A stretch of DNA of 64,000 nt from Candidatus Zipacnadia bacterium (GTDB taxonomy: Bacteria > Armatimonadota > Zipacnadia > JALGUG01): NCBI GenBank assembly GCA_029820995.1, contig JALGUG010000010.1, forward strand, positions 9,878 through 73,877, given 5' to 3'. Numbering within the stretch: position 1 is the stretch's first letter; the number at the start of each line of letters is the position of its first letter. The notes below the pieces were generated by a model. The model was not told the origin of the DNA, made no database searches, and saw only the letters and a program-made list of their open reading frames with translations. The position numbers and the translations under genes are program-made. Below, one piece after another: positions 18,231 to 27,038 of this stretch.

Positions 18231-19877
18231 ATGCCGGAAGAGCAAGCTGTTTGTCCACACTGCCAAGCCCCGTTGTCTGGCGGTGACACCACATGTTGGA
18301 ACTGCGGCCAAGTTGTCGCGAGTTCTGTGTTTTGCCCCGAGTGCGGGACCAAGCTGGGGCCAACTGGCCGCTGCCTTCAATGCGGCTACTGCGCTGCCCC
18401 GCAGCCGTCTCCGGCTGTGGCGCCGACTGCGACCCCGGCGGCGACAGGCACGCCCACGGAGGCAACCCCGACTGCGTCATCTGCCGAGTTCTGTGAAGTC
18501 TGTGGCCACAAGCTGCAAGCCGAAGCGAAGGAGCTGTGTCCCTCATGTCAGTGCTTCTACGCTCGGGGAACGAACTTCTGTGAAGTCTGTGGCCAGAAGC
18601 TCACGCCCGTGGCCGCTTGTAGCGCCTGTGACGCCCGCGCCGCAACGACCACCGAGGACGGCGCGCCCGACGATGAGCTGACGTCGCTGGCGCGGCGGGC
18701 AATCTGGTGGGCGAGTGCCGGGGAGTTTGACCGTGCGTTGACCGACCTCGGGTCGGTGCTCGACCGTTCACCGCAAGATACCAACGCGCGGCGCTGGGCG
18801 GCCCACTGCTATCTTTCCCTGGGACACATCGCAGACGCATGGCAGCAGTACGAGTATCTCTTGGCACTGGACCCGTCGGATCAGTGCGCCGCCGATGCCC
18901 TGGTACAGATTGACCCGTACCGGGCCGCCGTCGCGGCGGACCGCGCGGGGCGAGCTTTCGGCCGTGCCCTAAGCTGGCCGGAGGTCCAGGCGAGCCCTTG
19001 GGGCGATGTGCAACAACTCGAGCCCTGGCACTACGAGTGGCCCGCAGACCGGGAGATGCTCAACTACTGGGCTCAGAATCAAGCCATGACCGCTGCCGTC
19101 GCCGAAACACTCAGAGCCGTCGAGGCACCCCAAACGCAACGAGAACTTCTCCTGGGCTGCGTGCGCGTCGGACCGGACCAATTCCCGCAGATTCACGACG
19201 TGGCGAACCGCGCAGCCTGGATCCTTCAGATGCCGCTGCCGGAGGTTTACGTCAAGCCCGACCAGACATGGAACGCCATGGCTCTGGATGCCGGACGAAC
19301 CTTCGTGATCCTCCATTCCGGCCTGGTGGACAACATGACGCCCGAGGAGTTACTGTTCATTCTCGGCCATGAGATGGCGCACATCAAGAGCCGGCACACG
19401 CTCTATACAGCGGTCGGTCGGGAACTCGTCCATCGCCAATACAACCGAGCCCGCACCGTGAGCAGCATCGGGTCAGGCCTCATCGGCATCGCCACCGGAA
19501 TTGCGGGAGCCGTCATGAAGGCGCAGGCCGATCGGTTGGCTGTAGAGTGGCTGACCTGGCGACCCAACAAGGAACTCACCTGCGACCGGGCGGGCCTGCT
19601 CGCCTGCGGTGACGTGGACGTGGCCGCCAGGGCAAGTGCCAAGCTCATGTTGGAGAGCACCACGCTCAGCGATCAGCTCAACATTGGCGCGCTGCTGCGT
19701 CAATACGACGACGCTCAGGCCCAAGAGCTCGTGGCAGCGGTGGACCCCAGTGAGGAGCTGGAGAACAGCCATCCCTATACGTGCTACCGCATCCGCATGC
19801 TTCAGGCCTGGTCCATGACTAGCCAATACAAGTCCCTTGCGGCTCTGATCTCGGCGCGCGTCTCCGGCTCGGCCTAG
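18231..19877 (+). CDS. Multi zinc-ribbon, TPR and M48 metallopeptidase protein
   Basis: Eight CxxC pairs, a TPR pair, NAMA, LGHEMAHIK, ELTCDRAG, SHPY..RI. Confidence 0.85.
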   Translation: MPEEQAVCPHCQAPLSGGDTTCWNCGQVVASSVFCPECGTKLGPTGRCLQCGYCAAPQPSPAVAPTATPAATGTPTEATPTASSAEFCEVCGHKLQAEAKELCPSCQCFYARGTNFCEVCGQKLTPVAACSACDARAATTTEDGAPDDELTSLARRAIWWASAGEFDRALTDLGSVLDRSPQDTNARRWAAHCYLSLGHIADAWQQYEYLLALDPSDQCAADALVQIDPYRAAVAADRAGRAFGRALSWPEVQASPWGDVQQLEPWHYEWPADREMLNYWAQNQAMTAAVAETLRAVEAPQTQRELLLGCVRVGPDQFPQIHDVANRAAWILQMPLPEVYVKPDQTWNAMALDAGRTFVILHSGLVDNMTPEELLFILGHEMAHIKSRHTLYTAVGRELVHRQYNRARTVSSIGSGLIGIATGIAGAVMKAQADRLAVEWLTWRPNKELTCDRAGLLACGDVDVAARASAKLMLESTTLSDQLNIGALLRQYDDAQAQELVAAVDPSEELENSHPYTCYRIRMLQAWSMTSQYKSLAALISARVSGSA

Positions 19878-19911
19878 AGCTGTGAGGGCTTTCCTCTCCT
19901 TGCGGCCTGCG

Positions 19912-22770
19912 CTACCTCACGAACCCCGCCTCCACCCAATCCGCGTGGTCGCAGTTGATGCCGTCCTCCGCGTCGCTGACCACGAGCTTGAGCTCCCTCG
20001 CCTGGCCCAGCGGCACATTTATCGGCGTGGGCTCCTGATCCGCCCTCACCACCGGGCTCTCGAAGACCTTCTTCCCATCCAGATAGACCTCAAACACGAT
20101 GCTAGCCGTCTTGTCGTGCCGCTTCTCGTCATCAATGCCGCCCCAGGCGACAAACCGCTTGTAGCTGCCGTCTAGCTCGTATACGATTTCGGAGTGCGCA
20201 TGCGTGCCGATGCCGTGCTCGTACTTGTGGCCCTTGATGCTGAGCGGCTTGCCCTCGACGCTACGGTCGAAATGCAGCTCGCCCCACTGTTGCGAGTGCT
20301 TCTTCGGCTTAAGCACCGTGATGAACACATCCGGTGGAGGTGGCGGCTCCGGCGGCGGCAGCGTTTTCGCTGTCACCGGAGCGCCGGCGGCGAATTCTCC
20401 CTCCCAGTCGTACGCTGCGACCTGGTACGAATACTCCGTGTCGGCCTTGAGCCCCCCGTCTTCGGCCCTCAGGTCCGTGGTGACACCTAGGCGCTTGCCG
20501 TCTCGGCGCACCACGTACCCCAGTGCGCCGGGGACCTCCTTCCAACTCAGCCCGATTCGGTCTTGCCGGGCCACCTCAGTTTCCAGAGCGATCGCCGGGG
20601 CGGGCGGCCGTGGTGGCGTCTGACCCGGGCCCACGGTGAGGCTCCACGCGACCTCGCCGGAAGTCGGGCGCATGAAGCTCAGACTACCGGCATACCGGTC
20701 CTGCGTGATCCGGCAAGGCAAATCCCCGGCCTGGCCGCCCGTGAGGCGCCAGCCGGGCGGCAAGCTGACCGTGACGGCATAAGGATCGCCGCCGACCACG
20801 CGCGAGCGGCCCGACAACCGGCGGCCGCCCCGGTCCCAGGCGCATTGCACCAGGTCCACCGCGCCCTGAGCGATATGCCGGCTGGTAGCGAGCAGTTGTG
20901 GCCGGTGGTTGTAGGGGCGAAGGATATACGCCCGGCAAGAAGTCGGCGGGATCAGCAGGTTAAAGCCGTCTTCGAAGACGCCGACCACGCGCTTGTCCCA
21001 GAAGTCGTACGCGATGTGCGGCTGGTCGGGCGGCAGGCCCAGGTCCGTCCAGGTAACCGCCGCCCGGTACGGCCGTCGTTGCCAGTTGTAGAACGCAACG
21101 ACATCAAACTGCCCGGCCGCGTTGGCGACCTTGAGGTCCCAGATCGGCGGTCGGTCGGTTCGGGGGAACAGGTCCAGTGGCTGGATGTCGGTCGCCGGGA
21201 ATACGCGGCGGAGGACCTCGACGCGGTCCTCCGGGAGGTCGTACATCTTGTCGCTGGCCATCAGCAACTGGCCGGTCAAGCCCAGGAGCGTGGCCCACGC
21301 CCGCGCTTGAGGCAGCGTAAGCGGCGGCCGCACGTTTAGGACGTCCGGATCGGCATACCAGGCGATATTGTGGGTGAAGTACCACCGTTGGGTGGCTTGC
21401 AGTGCCGTGATGGCGCCCTTCCAGTGGGCGCCGACGTCTCCGCCCGTGCGGCTGCCGTTCATGATGCCGATGCCCGCGGTCGGGCAGCCCCAGCAGCCGA
21501 GCAGAAACCGGTGGGGCCCGATGGCCTCGCGAATCGCGCGCAGACCATCCCGGTAGGCCTCGACCGGATCGGCATTCTTCCGGCGGAAGAAGCCCCGGTT
21601 GTCCCGGTAGTGGTTGATTACCAGCGGCTGGCCGTCAATCTTGAAGTACTCGTAGCCCCAGTCCTCCCCCAGCCGGCGAAATAGCCACTGCAGGTACTCG
21701 CGCCCCTCGGGCGCCGTCGCATCCACCAGGTAGCGGCCCTCCCAGGTGCCATCCACGTAAGCCCCATCGGGCTTGAGCATGAATGCCCCGGGACGCCTCT
21801 TTACGAACTCCAGATCGCTCTGGCCGAAGGGCGTCAGCCAGATCCCGGCCTTCAGGCCGCGCTGCCTAATCTGGCTCGCCAGCCACTTCATGTCATGCGG
21901 GAACTTGTCCGCTGGCCAACGGTTCCAGTCGCGGTTGTCGCCGCTCCCGTGGCCCCGCCCCTGCCAGCCGTCGTCAATCTGGACATACTCGGCGCCGAAC
22001 GGCTTCAGGTGCCGAGCAATCCACTCGGCGTTCTTCACCGTCTCAGCCTCAGTGATCCCTTGATAATAGTAGTACCATGAGCACCACCCCGACGGCGGAA
22101 GCTTGAACACGCTCTTGTCGAGGGGCTTGAAGTAGGGGAGCTTCTGCGTCTCACGGTACCAGGCGGGATGGACCCTGAGCCGAAGGACCTCCTGCGCCTT
22201 GCCTGACGCCCGCCACGCGGCGGCACGCCAGCGCCAGGTCAGCGGCTCGGTACCCGGGGCCGTCAGACCTAAGTGGTCGCCAACGATCTCGACTGCCGTG
22301 TCGCTCGCGGGATGAAATACCGCGTTACACAGGCGGCTGACGGCCTTTCCCAGGCGCATCTGCACCACGCGCGGGCTGTTCTGGGCCGATAGTCGGCACG
22401 GAAAAGCGCCGGGCGGCGCGACGAGTGCGCCTGAGGGCCTCAAGCCCAAGTCCGGACCGGCTGTGCGCGCCGACACCAGCAGCCCCCGCTTGTCGTCCGA
22501 CGCCGAGCACTTCAGCTCCAGTGCCCCCCAGCGGGCCACAGCGGCAGTGTCGTCCAGCTTGCGCAGCGAGGCGGACGCCCGCTTCTGCGCAGCCCACTCG
22601 TCCAGCGCCAGAATGGCCAAGGTGCCCCAGGGGTCGTACCGGCAGGCCAAATCGCCTGTTTCGCTGTCAAGGGTCAACTGCCACGGCCCGATGTCTTCTC
22701 TGACACGTTCCGCGGAGACCGCGGAGGTTCCGAGACACACGCAGAGCGCGATCAACCTAATATGTCGCAC
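19912..22770 (-). CDS. Secreted alpha-galactosidase (GH27/GH36, clan D) with FN3 and NPCBM domains
   Basis: GWCSWY, QIDDGWQ, YFKIDG nucleophile, RTGGD, DPD; NPCBM GIGTHA..DHADW; GTG start with GGGGAGGT SD. Confidence 0.9.
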   Translation of the reverse strand: MRHIRLIALCVCLGTSAVSAERVREDIGPWQLTLDSETGDLACRYDPWGTLAILALDEWAAQKRASASLRKLDDTAAVARWGALELKCSASDDKRGLLVSARTAGPDLGLRPSGALVAPPGAFPCRLSAQNSPRVVQMRLGKAVSRLCNAVFHPASDTAVEIVGDHLGLTAPGTEPLTWRWRAAAWRASGKAQEVLRLRVHPAWYRETQKLPYFKPLDKSVFKLPPSGWCSWYYYYQGITEAETVKNAEWIARHLKPFGAEYVQIDDGWQGRGHGSGDNRDWNRWPADKFPHDMKWLASQIRQRGLKAGIWLTPFGQSDLEFVKRRPGAFMLKPDGAYVDGTWEGRYLVDATAPEGREYLQWLFRRLGEDWGYEYFKIDGQPLVINHYRDNRGFFRRKNADPVEAYRDGLRAIREAIGPHRFLLGCWGCPTAGIGIMNGSRTGGDVGAHWKGAITALQATQRWYFTHNIAWYADPDVLNVRPPLTLPQARAWATLLGLTGQLLMASDKMYDLPEDRVEVLRRVFPATDIQPLDLFPRTDRPPIWDLKVANAAGQFDVVAFYNWQRRPYRAAVTWTDLGLPPDQPHIAYDFWDKRVVGVFEDGFNLLIPPTSCRAYILRPYNHRPQLLATSRHIAQGAVDLVQCAWDRGGRRLSGRSRVVGGDPYAVTVSLPPGWRLTGGQAGDLPCRITQDRYAGSLSFMRPTSGEVAWSLTVGPGQTPPRPPAPAIALETEVARQDRIGLSWKEVPGALGYVVRRDGKRLGVTTDLRAEDGGLKADTEYSYQVAAYDWEGEFAAGAPVTAKTLPPPEPPPPPDVFITVLKPKKHSQQWGELHFDRSVEGKPLSIKGHKYEHGIGTHAHSEIVYELDGSYKRFVAWGGIDDEKRHDKTASIVFEVYLDGKKVFESPVVRADQEPTPINVPLGQARELKLVVSDAEDGINCDHADWVEAGFVR

Positions 22771-22964
22771 AATCAGTACCTCCCCGATGACCGTCGGCCC
22801 ACTCACCCAGTGCCGTCGAGCAGGTTGCGTGATCGTTCCACGCCGAGATCGCCATTCCTTTGCACTGCACGTCTGGGCAGTCGCACGGTCTTTCGTGGGC
22901 GGCCTGTCACACCACACCGCAGGCGGCTGACGCCAAGGGCCGCGGAGGTGGCTGCCAGTGGGTC

Positions 22965-22981
22965 CGGCAAGTACGTTGCAA
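22965..22981 (+). promoter_or_regulatory. sigma54 (-24/-12) promoter upstream of pspA
   Basis: CGGCAAGTACGTTGCAA: GG (22966-67), N10, GC (22978-79) with TTGCA, about 80 bp before pspA. Confidence 0.65.
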
Positions 22982-23058
22982 TGGGTACATCGGATGGTCA
23001 AGTATTTGCCCGGAAACTGCTCGGGCAGCAGACGACCGGTAATCGGGAGGCGAGCGAG

Positions 23059-23739
23059 ATGGGAATCCTGCAACGGGTAAACCGGATTGTCAAGTCAAAT
23101 ATCCACGACTTAGTGGATCGGGCGGAGAACCCTGAAAAGATGCTCAAGCAGCTCATCCGCGAGATGCAGGGCGCTGTCAAGGAGACACAGACTCAGACCG
23201 CCCACGCCATTGCGACGCTGAAGAAGCTGGAAAAGAAGGCCAGCGAGAACAGCGCTCAAGCAAAGCTGTGGGAGGATCGGGCGGTGATGGCGCTGGAGAA
23301 GGAGGACGAGGACCTGGCGCGGCAGGCGCTGCGCCGCAAGAGGCTGCACGCGGATCAGGAGGGCGAGTATGCCGCCCAGATCGAGAGCCAGAAGCGGTCG
23401 GTGGACACCCTGAAGACCACGTTGGCCGCGCTGCGGGCGAAACTGGATGAGGCCAAGGTCCAGAGCAAGCTCCTGATCTCGCGCGCCCAGCGGGCGAAGA
23501 CGCAGCAGCGCGTGCAGCAAGTGGTTGATCGCGGCACCGATACCAGCGCCTTCGAGGAGTTCAATCGGATGGCCGAGAAGATCGAGGAGCGCGAGTTGGA
23601 AGTCGCCGCGGCGGCGGAACTGCAGGTAGATACGCTGGATGAGCGCTTCAAGCACGAAGAGCAGGAAATAGACGTGGATTTCGAGCTTCAGCAGCTTAAG
23701 GACCGTATGGCCCAAGAGGCTCAGAGCACTGAGGGGTGA
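23059..23739 (+). CDS. pspA: PspA/IM30 family protein 1
   Basis: MGILQRVNRIVKSNIHDLVDRAENPEKMLKQLIREM..A..AL....EDLARQAL.RK; coiled coil; GGGAGG SD. Confidence 0.93.
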   Translation: MGILQRVNRIVKSNIHDLVDRAENPEKMLKQLIREMQGAVKETQTQTAHAIATLKKLEKKASENSAQAKLWEDRAVMALEKEDEDLARQALRRKRLHADQEGEYAAQIESQKRSVDTLKTTLAALRAKLDEAKVQSKLLISRAQRAKTQQRVQQVVDRGTDTSAFEEFNRMAEKIEERELEVAAAAELQVDTLDERFKHEEQEIDVDFELQQLKDRMAQEAQSTEG

Positions 23740-23744
23740 GGCCC

Positions 23745-24443
23745 GTGGGTCTCCTGGAGCGAATCAAAAACCTCGTGGCGGCCAACCTCAATGAGCTGCT
23801 TGACCGCGCCGAAGACCCTGAACTGGCGCTGACGCAACTCATTCGGGACATGGAAGATGACCTGGGCGAGGCCCGGCTGGAGGTAGCGGCGACAGCCCGA
23901 GAGGAGCGCCGCCTTTACGAGGACCTGGCCGACCACCGCCGCCAGGCCGAACGGATGGAGGGCAAGGCGGTCCTGGCTGTCAAGCAGCAGGAGGACGACC
24001 TGGCGCGGGAGGCGCTGCGGCGGCGCCGGATGCACCTCCGACTAGCCGATAGCGTCGCTGAGCAATGGGAGACGCAGCGCGCAAGTGTGGACCGCCTCCG
24101 CCAACATCTCCAGGACCTCGAGCTGAAGATCGAGGAGGCGCGGCGCCGAAAGGACTTGCTGATCGCCCGCAAGCGACTGGCCCGGGCCAAGAAGGGCTTT
24201 GAAGTCACCCTGGCCGAAGCAGGTGAGCTCGAGACAGCCGATGCCTTTGAGCGCGCTGCAGATCAGGTGGATGATTTGGAGGCTGCCGCCGACGCGCTGG
24301 CTGAACTTCACGAGGACGATACCGGCACGCGGCTGGAGCACTTGAGGCGCGAGAAGCTGGAGCAAGAAGTCGAAGCAGACCTCCAGCAGATCAAGAAGCG
24401 CTTGCGCCAGAAGCCCAAGCCCGATCACAAGCCTCCCGGCTAG
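23745..24443 (+). CDS. pspA: PspA/IM30 family protein 2
   Basis: GLLERIKNLVAANLNELLDRAEDPE..L.QLIRDM..EDDLAREAL; abuts the pspA1 stop (alternative start GTG 23736). Confidence 0.92.
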   Translation: MGLLERIKNLVAANLNELLDRAEDPELALTQLIRDMEDDLGEARLEVAATAREERRLYEDLADHRRQAERMEGKAVLAVKQQEDDLAREALRRRRMHLRLADSVAEQWETQRASVDRLRQHLQDLELKIEEARRRKDLLIARKRLARAKKGFEVTLAEAGELETADAFERAADQVDDLEAAADALAELHEDDTGTRLEHLRREKLEQEVEADLQQIKKRLRQKPKPDHKPPG

Positions 24444-24597
24444 CTCTGGGGCCCTTGGACTCGGCGGAACCTTGTAAACCGACAGGCGCTGGGCCCGGCT
24501 CTCTTTGCGGCCGGTCCAGCGGTCAAAGCAGGAACGCGCCGGAGAATGCCGAAAGAGCGCCTAGGGGTTGGCGCTGGGCAGGAGGTGCCCAACCAAA

Positions 24598-25407
24598 ATG
24601 GGTATCAGCCTAACGAGTGCGATGTACTTATTCTGCCTGGTCTTTGGACTGGGCCTGGCCTTTGTCAGCGGGTTCCTCGGTGAGATCCTCGGCCATGGCG
24701 GCGGCGACGGTGACATCTCCGTGGATCACGACATCTCACTGGATCACGACATCTCGCTGGACCACGACGTCGGCGCTGGCGTGGACCATGACGTCGGGGG
24801 CGGAGACGTGCATCTTTCTCCCGTCAGTCCGCCCATCCTGTCTACCATGCTCGTCGTGTTCGGTGGCACCGGGCTGATCTGTGAGAACATGTTCCACTTG
24901 CCGGCGTTTCTCAGTGTTCCAGTCTCGGTGGGGTCCGCTTTGGCCGGTTCGATCATCGTGTTCTTTCTCGTTGCCAAAGTGCTCAGCGCCGTCACCAGCA
25001 CCAGCCATGTTGCGCTACGCAATGCCGTGGGCTCCGAGGCGCAGGTCGTCACGCCGATCCCAGCGGACGGCGTCGGTGAAGTTAGCTATGTGACGCCGTC
25101 GGGTCGGCGGACCAGTCCCGCGCGCTCGGAAGAGAACGTGATGATCCCGAAACATTCCATCGTGCGGATCTCGAAGTTCGTCGGCGGAACTGCCGTCGTC
25201 CGCGAGCAGATAGACGAACGTCTCCGCTCGCTGAGTGAGGCGACGTTGCCCGTATCTGAGCGGACTGAACCCGACGAGACGGAACCAGCCGAGGACACCT
25301 CGACCGAGGCGGCGGCAGAAGCTACCGAACACAAAGCGGAGCCCGAGGCGGCGGGCCCCGCGGATGAGCCGCAGGAGGGAGCGCAGGAGAGTTCGAAGGA
25401 GAGTTAA
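24598..25407 (+). CDS. NfeD-like (YuaF/YqiJ-type) membrane protein, flotillin partner
   Basis: 3 TM helices, Asp/His-rich loop, C-terminal OB-fold VG..A.VVTPIPADGVGEV; directly upstream of an SPFH gene. Confidence 0.85.
   Translation: MGISLTSAMYLFCLVFGLGLAFVSGFLGEILGHGGGDGDISVDHDISLDHDISLDHDVGAGVDHDVGGGDVHLSPVSPPILSTMLVVFGGTGLICENMFHLPAFLSVPVSVGSALAGSIIVFFLVAKVLSAVTSTSHVALRNAVGSEAQVVTPIPADGVGEVSYVTPSGRRTSPARSEENVMIPKHSIVRISKFVGGTAVVREQIDERLRSLSEATLPVSERTEPDETEPAEDTSTEAAAEATEHKAEPEAAGPADEPQEGAQESSKES
24721..24798 (+). repeat. Tandem ~18-bp coding repeat (DHDI/V) in nfeD
   Basis: gtggatcacgacatctca ctggatcacgacatctcg ctggaccacgacgtcggc ... gtggaccatgacgtcggg. Confidence 0.8.
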
Positions 25408-25483
25408 TCCGGTCCGGGAATGTTCCCGGAGGGCCTAATGGCGGGCCGCGGACAGCCCGCGAATCTTGCAGGGGGTGCCTGAG

Positions 25484-26986
25484 ATGCCGACACAGTTTGA
25501 GACCAGTTGGGTGGTCATCGCCGCAGTTGTGGGCGTGTTCATGTTGGTCTGCTTCATGGCCTGGGCGGCGAGTCGATACAAGAAGGTCGGGCCCAATGAG
25601 GCCTTGATCGTCTTCGGCGGCGGCCGGATGAACATCGTCGTCGGCGGCGGCAGAATCGTTTGGCCCTTCGTCAACGAGGTGCAGCGGCTTCCGTTGGAGA
25701 TCATGACGCTGGAAGTGACGACACCCGAGGTATACACGGCCCAGGGAGTGCCGGTAATCGTGGACGGCGTGGCCCAGGTGAAGATTGATGAATCGGAGGA
25801 GAGCATTCGGACCGCCGCCGGGCAGTTTCTGGGCCGGCCGGTCCAGGAGGTCCGGAATGTGGCGTTGCAGACCATGGAAGGCCACCTGCGTGCAATCCTG
25901 GGCACGATGACCGTGGAATCAATCTACAAGGAGCGAGACGAGTTCGCCAAGCGCGTGCAGGAGCAAGCCGCTCCGGACATGGCCAACATGGGCATGCGTA
26001 TCGTGTCCTTTACCATCCGCGATATCCGCGACAATCAGGGCTATCTGGACGCCCTGGGCAAGCCGCGAACCGCACAGGTCAAGCGCGACGCGACCATCGG
26101 TGAGGCCGAAGCGCAGCGGGATGCCATGGCCCGTTCGGCGCAGGCCAACCAGGAAGGGCAAACCGCGCGGTTCGTGGCCGAAACCAAGATCCGGGAGGCT
26201 GAGCGGGACTACGAGACCCAGGCGGCGCAATACAAGGCCGCGATCGCCACGCAGCAAGCCCAGGCGGATCTGGCCTACGACATGCAAAAATACACCACCG
26301 AGCAGCAGGTGAAGAAGCAGCAAGTGCAGGTCGAGGTCGTTGAGAAGGAGATGCAGACCGAGGTCCAGGTGCGGGAGATCAAGCGCAAGGAACGTGAGCT
26401 CGAAGCCCAAGTCCAAAAGCCGGCTGATGCCGAGCGCTACCGCATCGAAACCCTGGCCAGTGCGGAACGGCAGAGGACAATCGCAGAGGCCGAAGGTCAG
26501 GCCAAGGCGGCGGAGAGCATCGGCGTCGGCAAGGCCGCAGCCGCCCGAGCCGAAGGTCTGGCGCAAGCCGACGTTATTCGCGCGCAGGGACTGGCCGAGG
26601 CCGAAGTCACCAAGCAGAAGGGCTTCGCGGAGGCCGAAGCCATGATGAAGAAGGCCGAAGCCTGGCAGAACTACAACCAGGCGGCCATCACCGAGAAGGT
26701 CGTCGAGGTCCTGCCGGCCGTGGCGGCAGCCATTGCCCAGCCGCTGGCCAAGACCGAGCGGATCGTCATGGTCAACACTGGTGGCGGCGACAGCGGGATC
26801 GGCGCCAGCAAGATTACGAACGACATCACAAAGGTCATCGCCGAGCTGCCGCCGATCGTGGAGGCGCTCTCCGGAGTGGACTTCCACGACCTGCTGAGCA
26901 GGCTCCCACAGATCGGCGAGAAAGTTGGCCAGCCTCCCGCCGAATCCGAGGCGCCCCAGGCGCCGCAGCCGCCTCCACAATCCTGA
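25484..26986 (+). CDS. Flotillin (SPFH domain, FloT/YuaG-like)
   Basis: N-terminal TM, YKKVGPNEALIV, LEVTTPEVYT.QGVP..VDGVAQVKI, EGHLRAILG.MTVE, GYLDALG, EA-rich coiled coil. Confidence 0.93.
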   Translation: MPTQFETSWVVIAAVVGVFMLVCFMAWAASRYKKVGPNEALIVFGGGRMNIVVGGGRIVWPFVNEVQRLPLEIMTLEVTTPEVYTAQGVPVIVDGVAQVKIDESEESIRTAAGQFLGRPVQEVRNVALQTMEGHLRAILGTMTVESIYKERDEFAKRVQEQAAPDMANMGMRIVSFTIRDIRDNQGYLDALGKPRTAQVKRDATIGEAEAQRDAMARSAQANQEGQTARFVAETKIREAERDYETQAAQYKAAIATQQAQADLAYDMQKYTTEQQVKKQQVQVEVVEKEMQTEVQVREIKRKERELEAQVQKPADAERYRIETLASAERQRTIAEAEGQAKAAESIGVGKAAAARAEGLAQADVIRAQGLAEAEVTKQKGFAEAEAMMKKAEAWQNYNQAAITEKVVEVLPAVAAAIAQPLAKTERIVMVNTGGGDSGIGASKITNDITKVIAELPPIVEALSGVDFHDLLSRLPQIGEKVGQPPAESEAPQAPQPPPQS

Positions 26987-27005
26987 CCGACCACATCGCC
27001 AAGAC

Positions 27006-27038
27006 CACGCAGCCGAGGCCCCACGCCTCGGCTGCGTG
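27006..27038. terminator. Perfect 14-bp inverted repeat between convergent genes
   Basis: CACGCAGCCGAGGC-cccac-GCCTCGGCTGCGTG, 20 bp after the flotillin stop; no U-tract. Confidence 0.55.

Noticed and set aside
18489-18596. 20-bp direct repeat TTCTGTGAAGTCTGTGGCCA as a CRISPR repeat or att site
   Set aside because: Only two copies, both in frame and encoding the duplicated FCEVCG zinc knuckle.
25919-27005. C-terminal ~360 aa of the 829-aa minus-strand ORF as a real domain
   Set aside because: It is the antisense shadow of flotillin and follows from the activator's missing stop codon.
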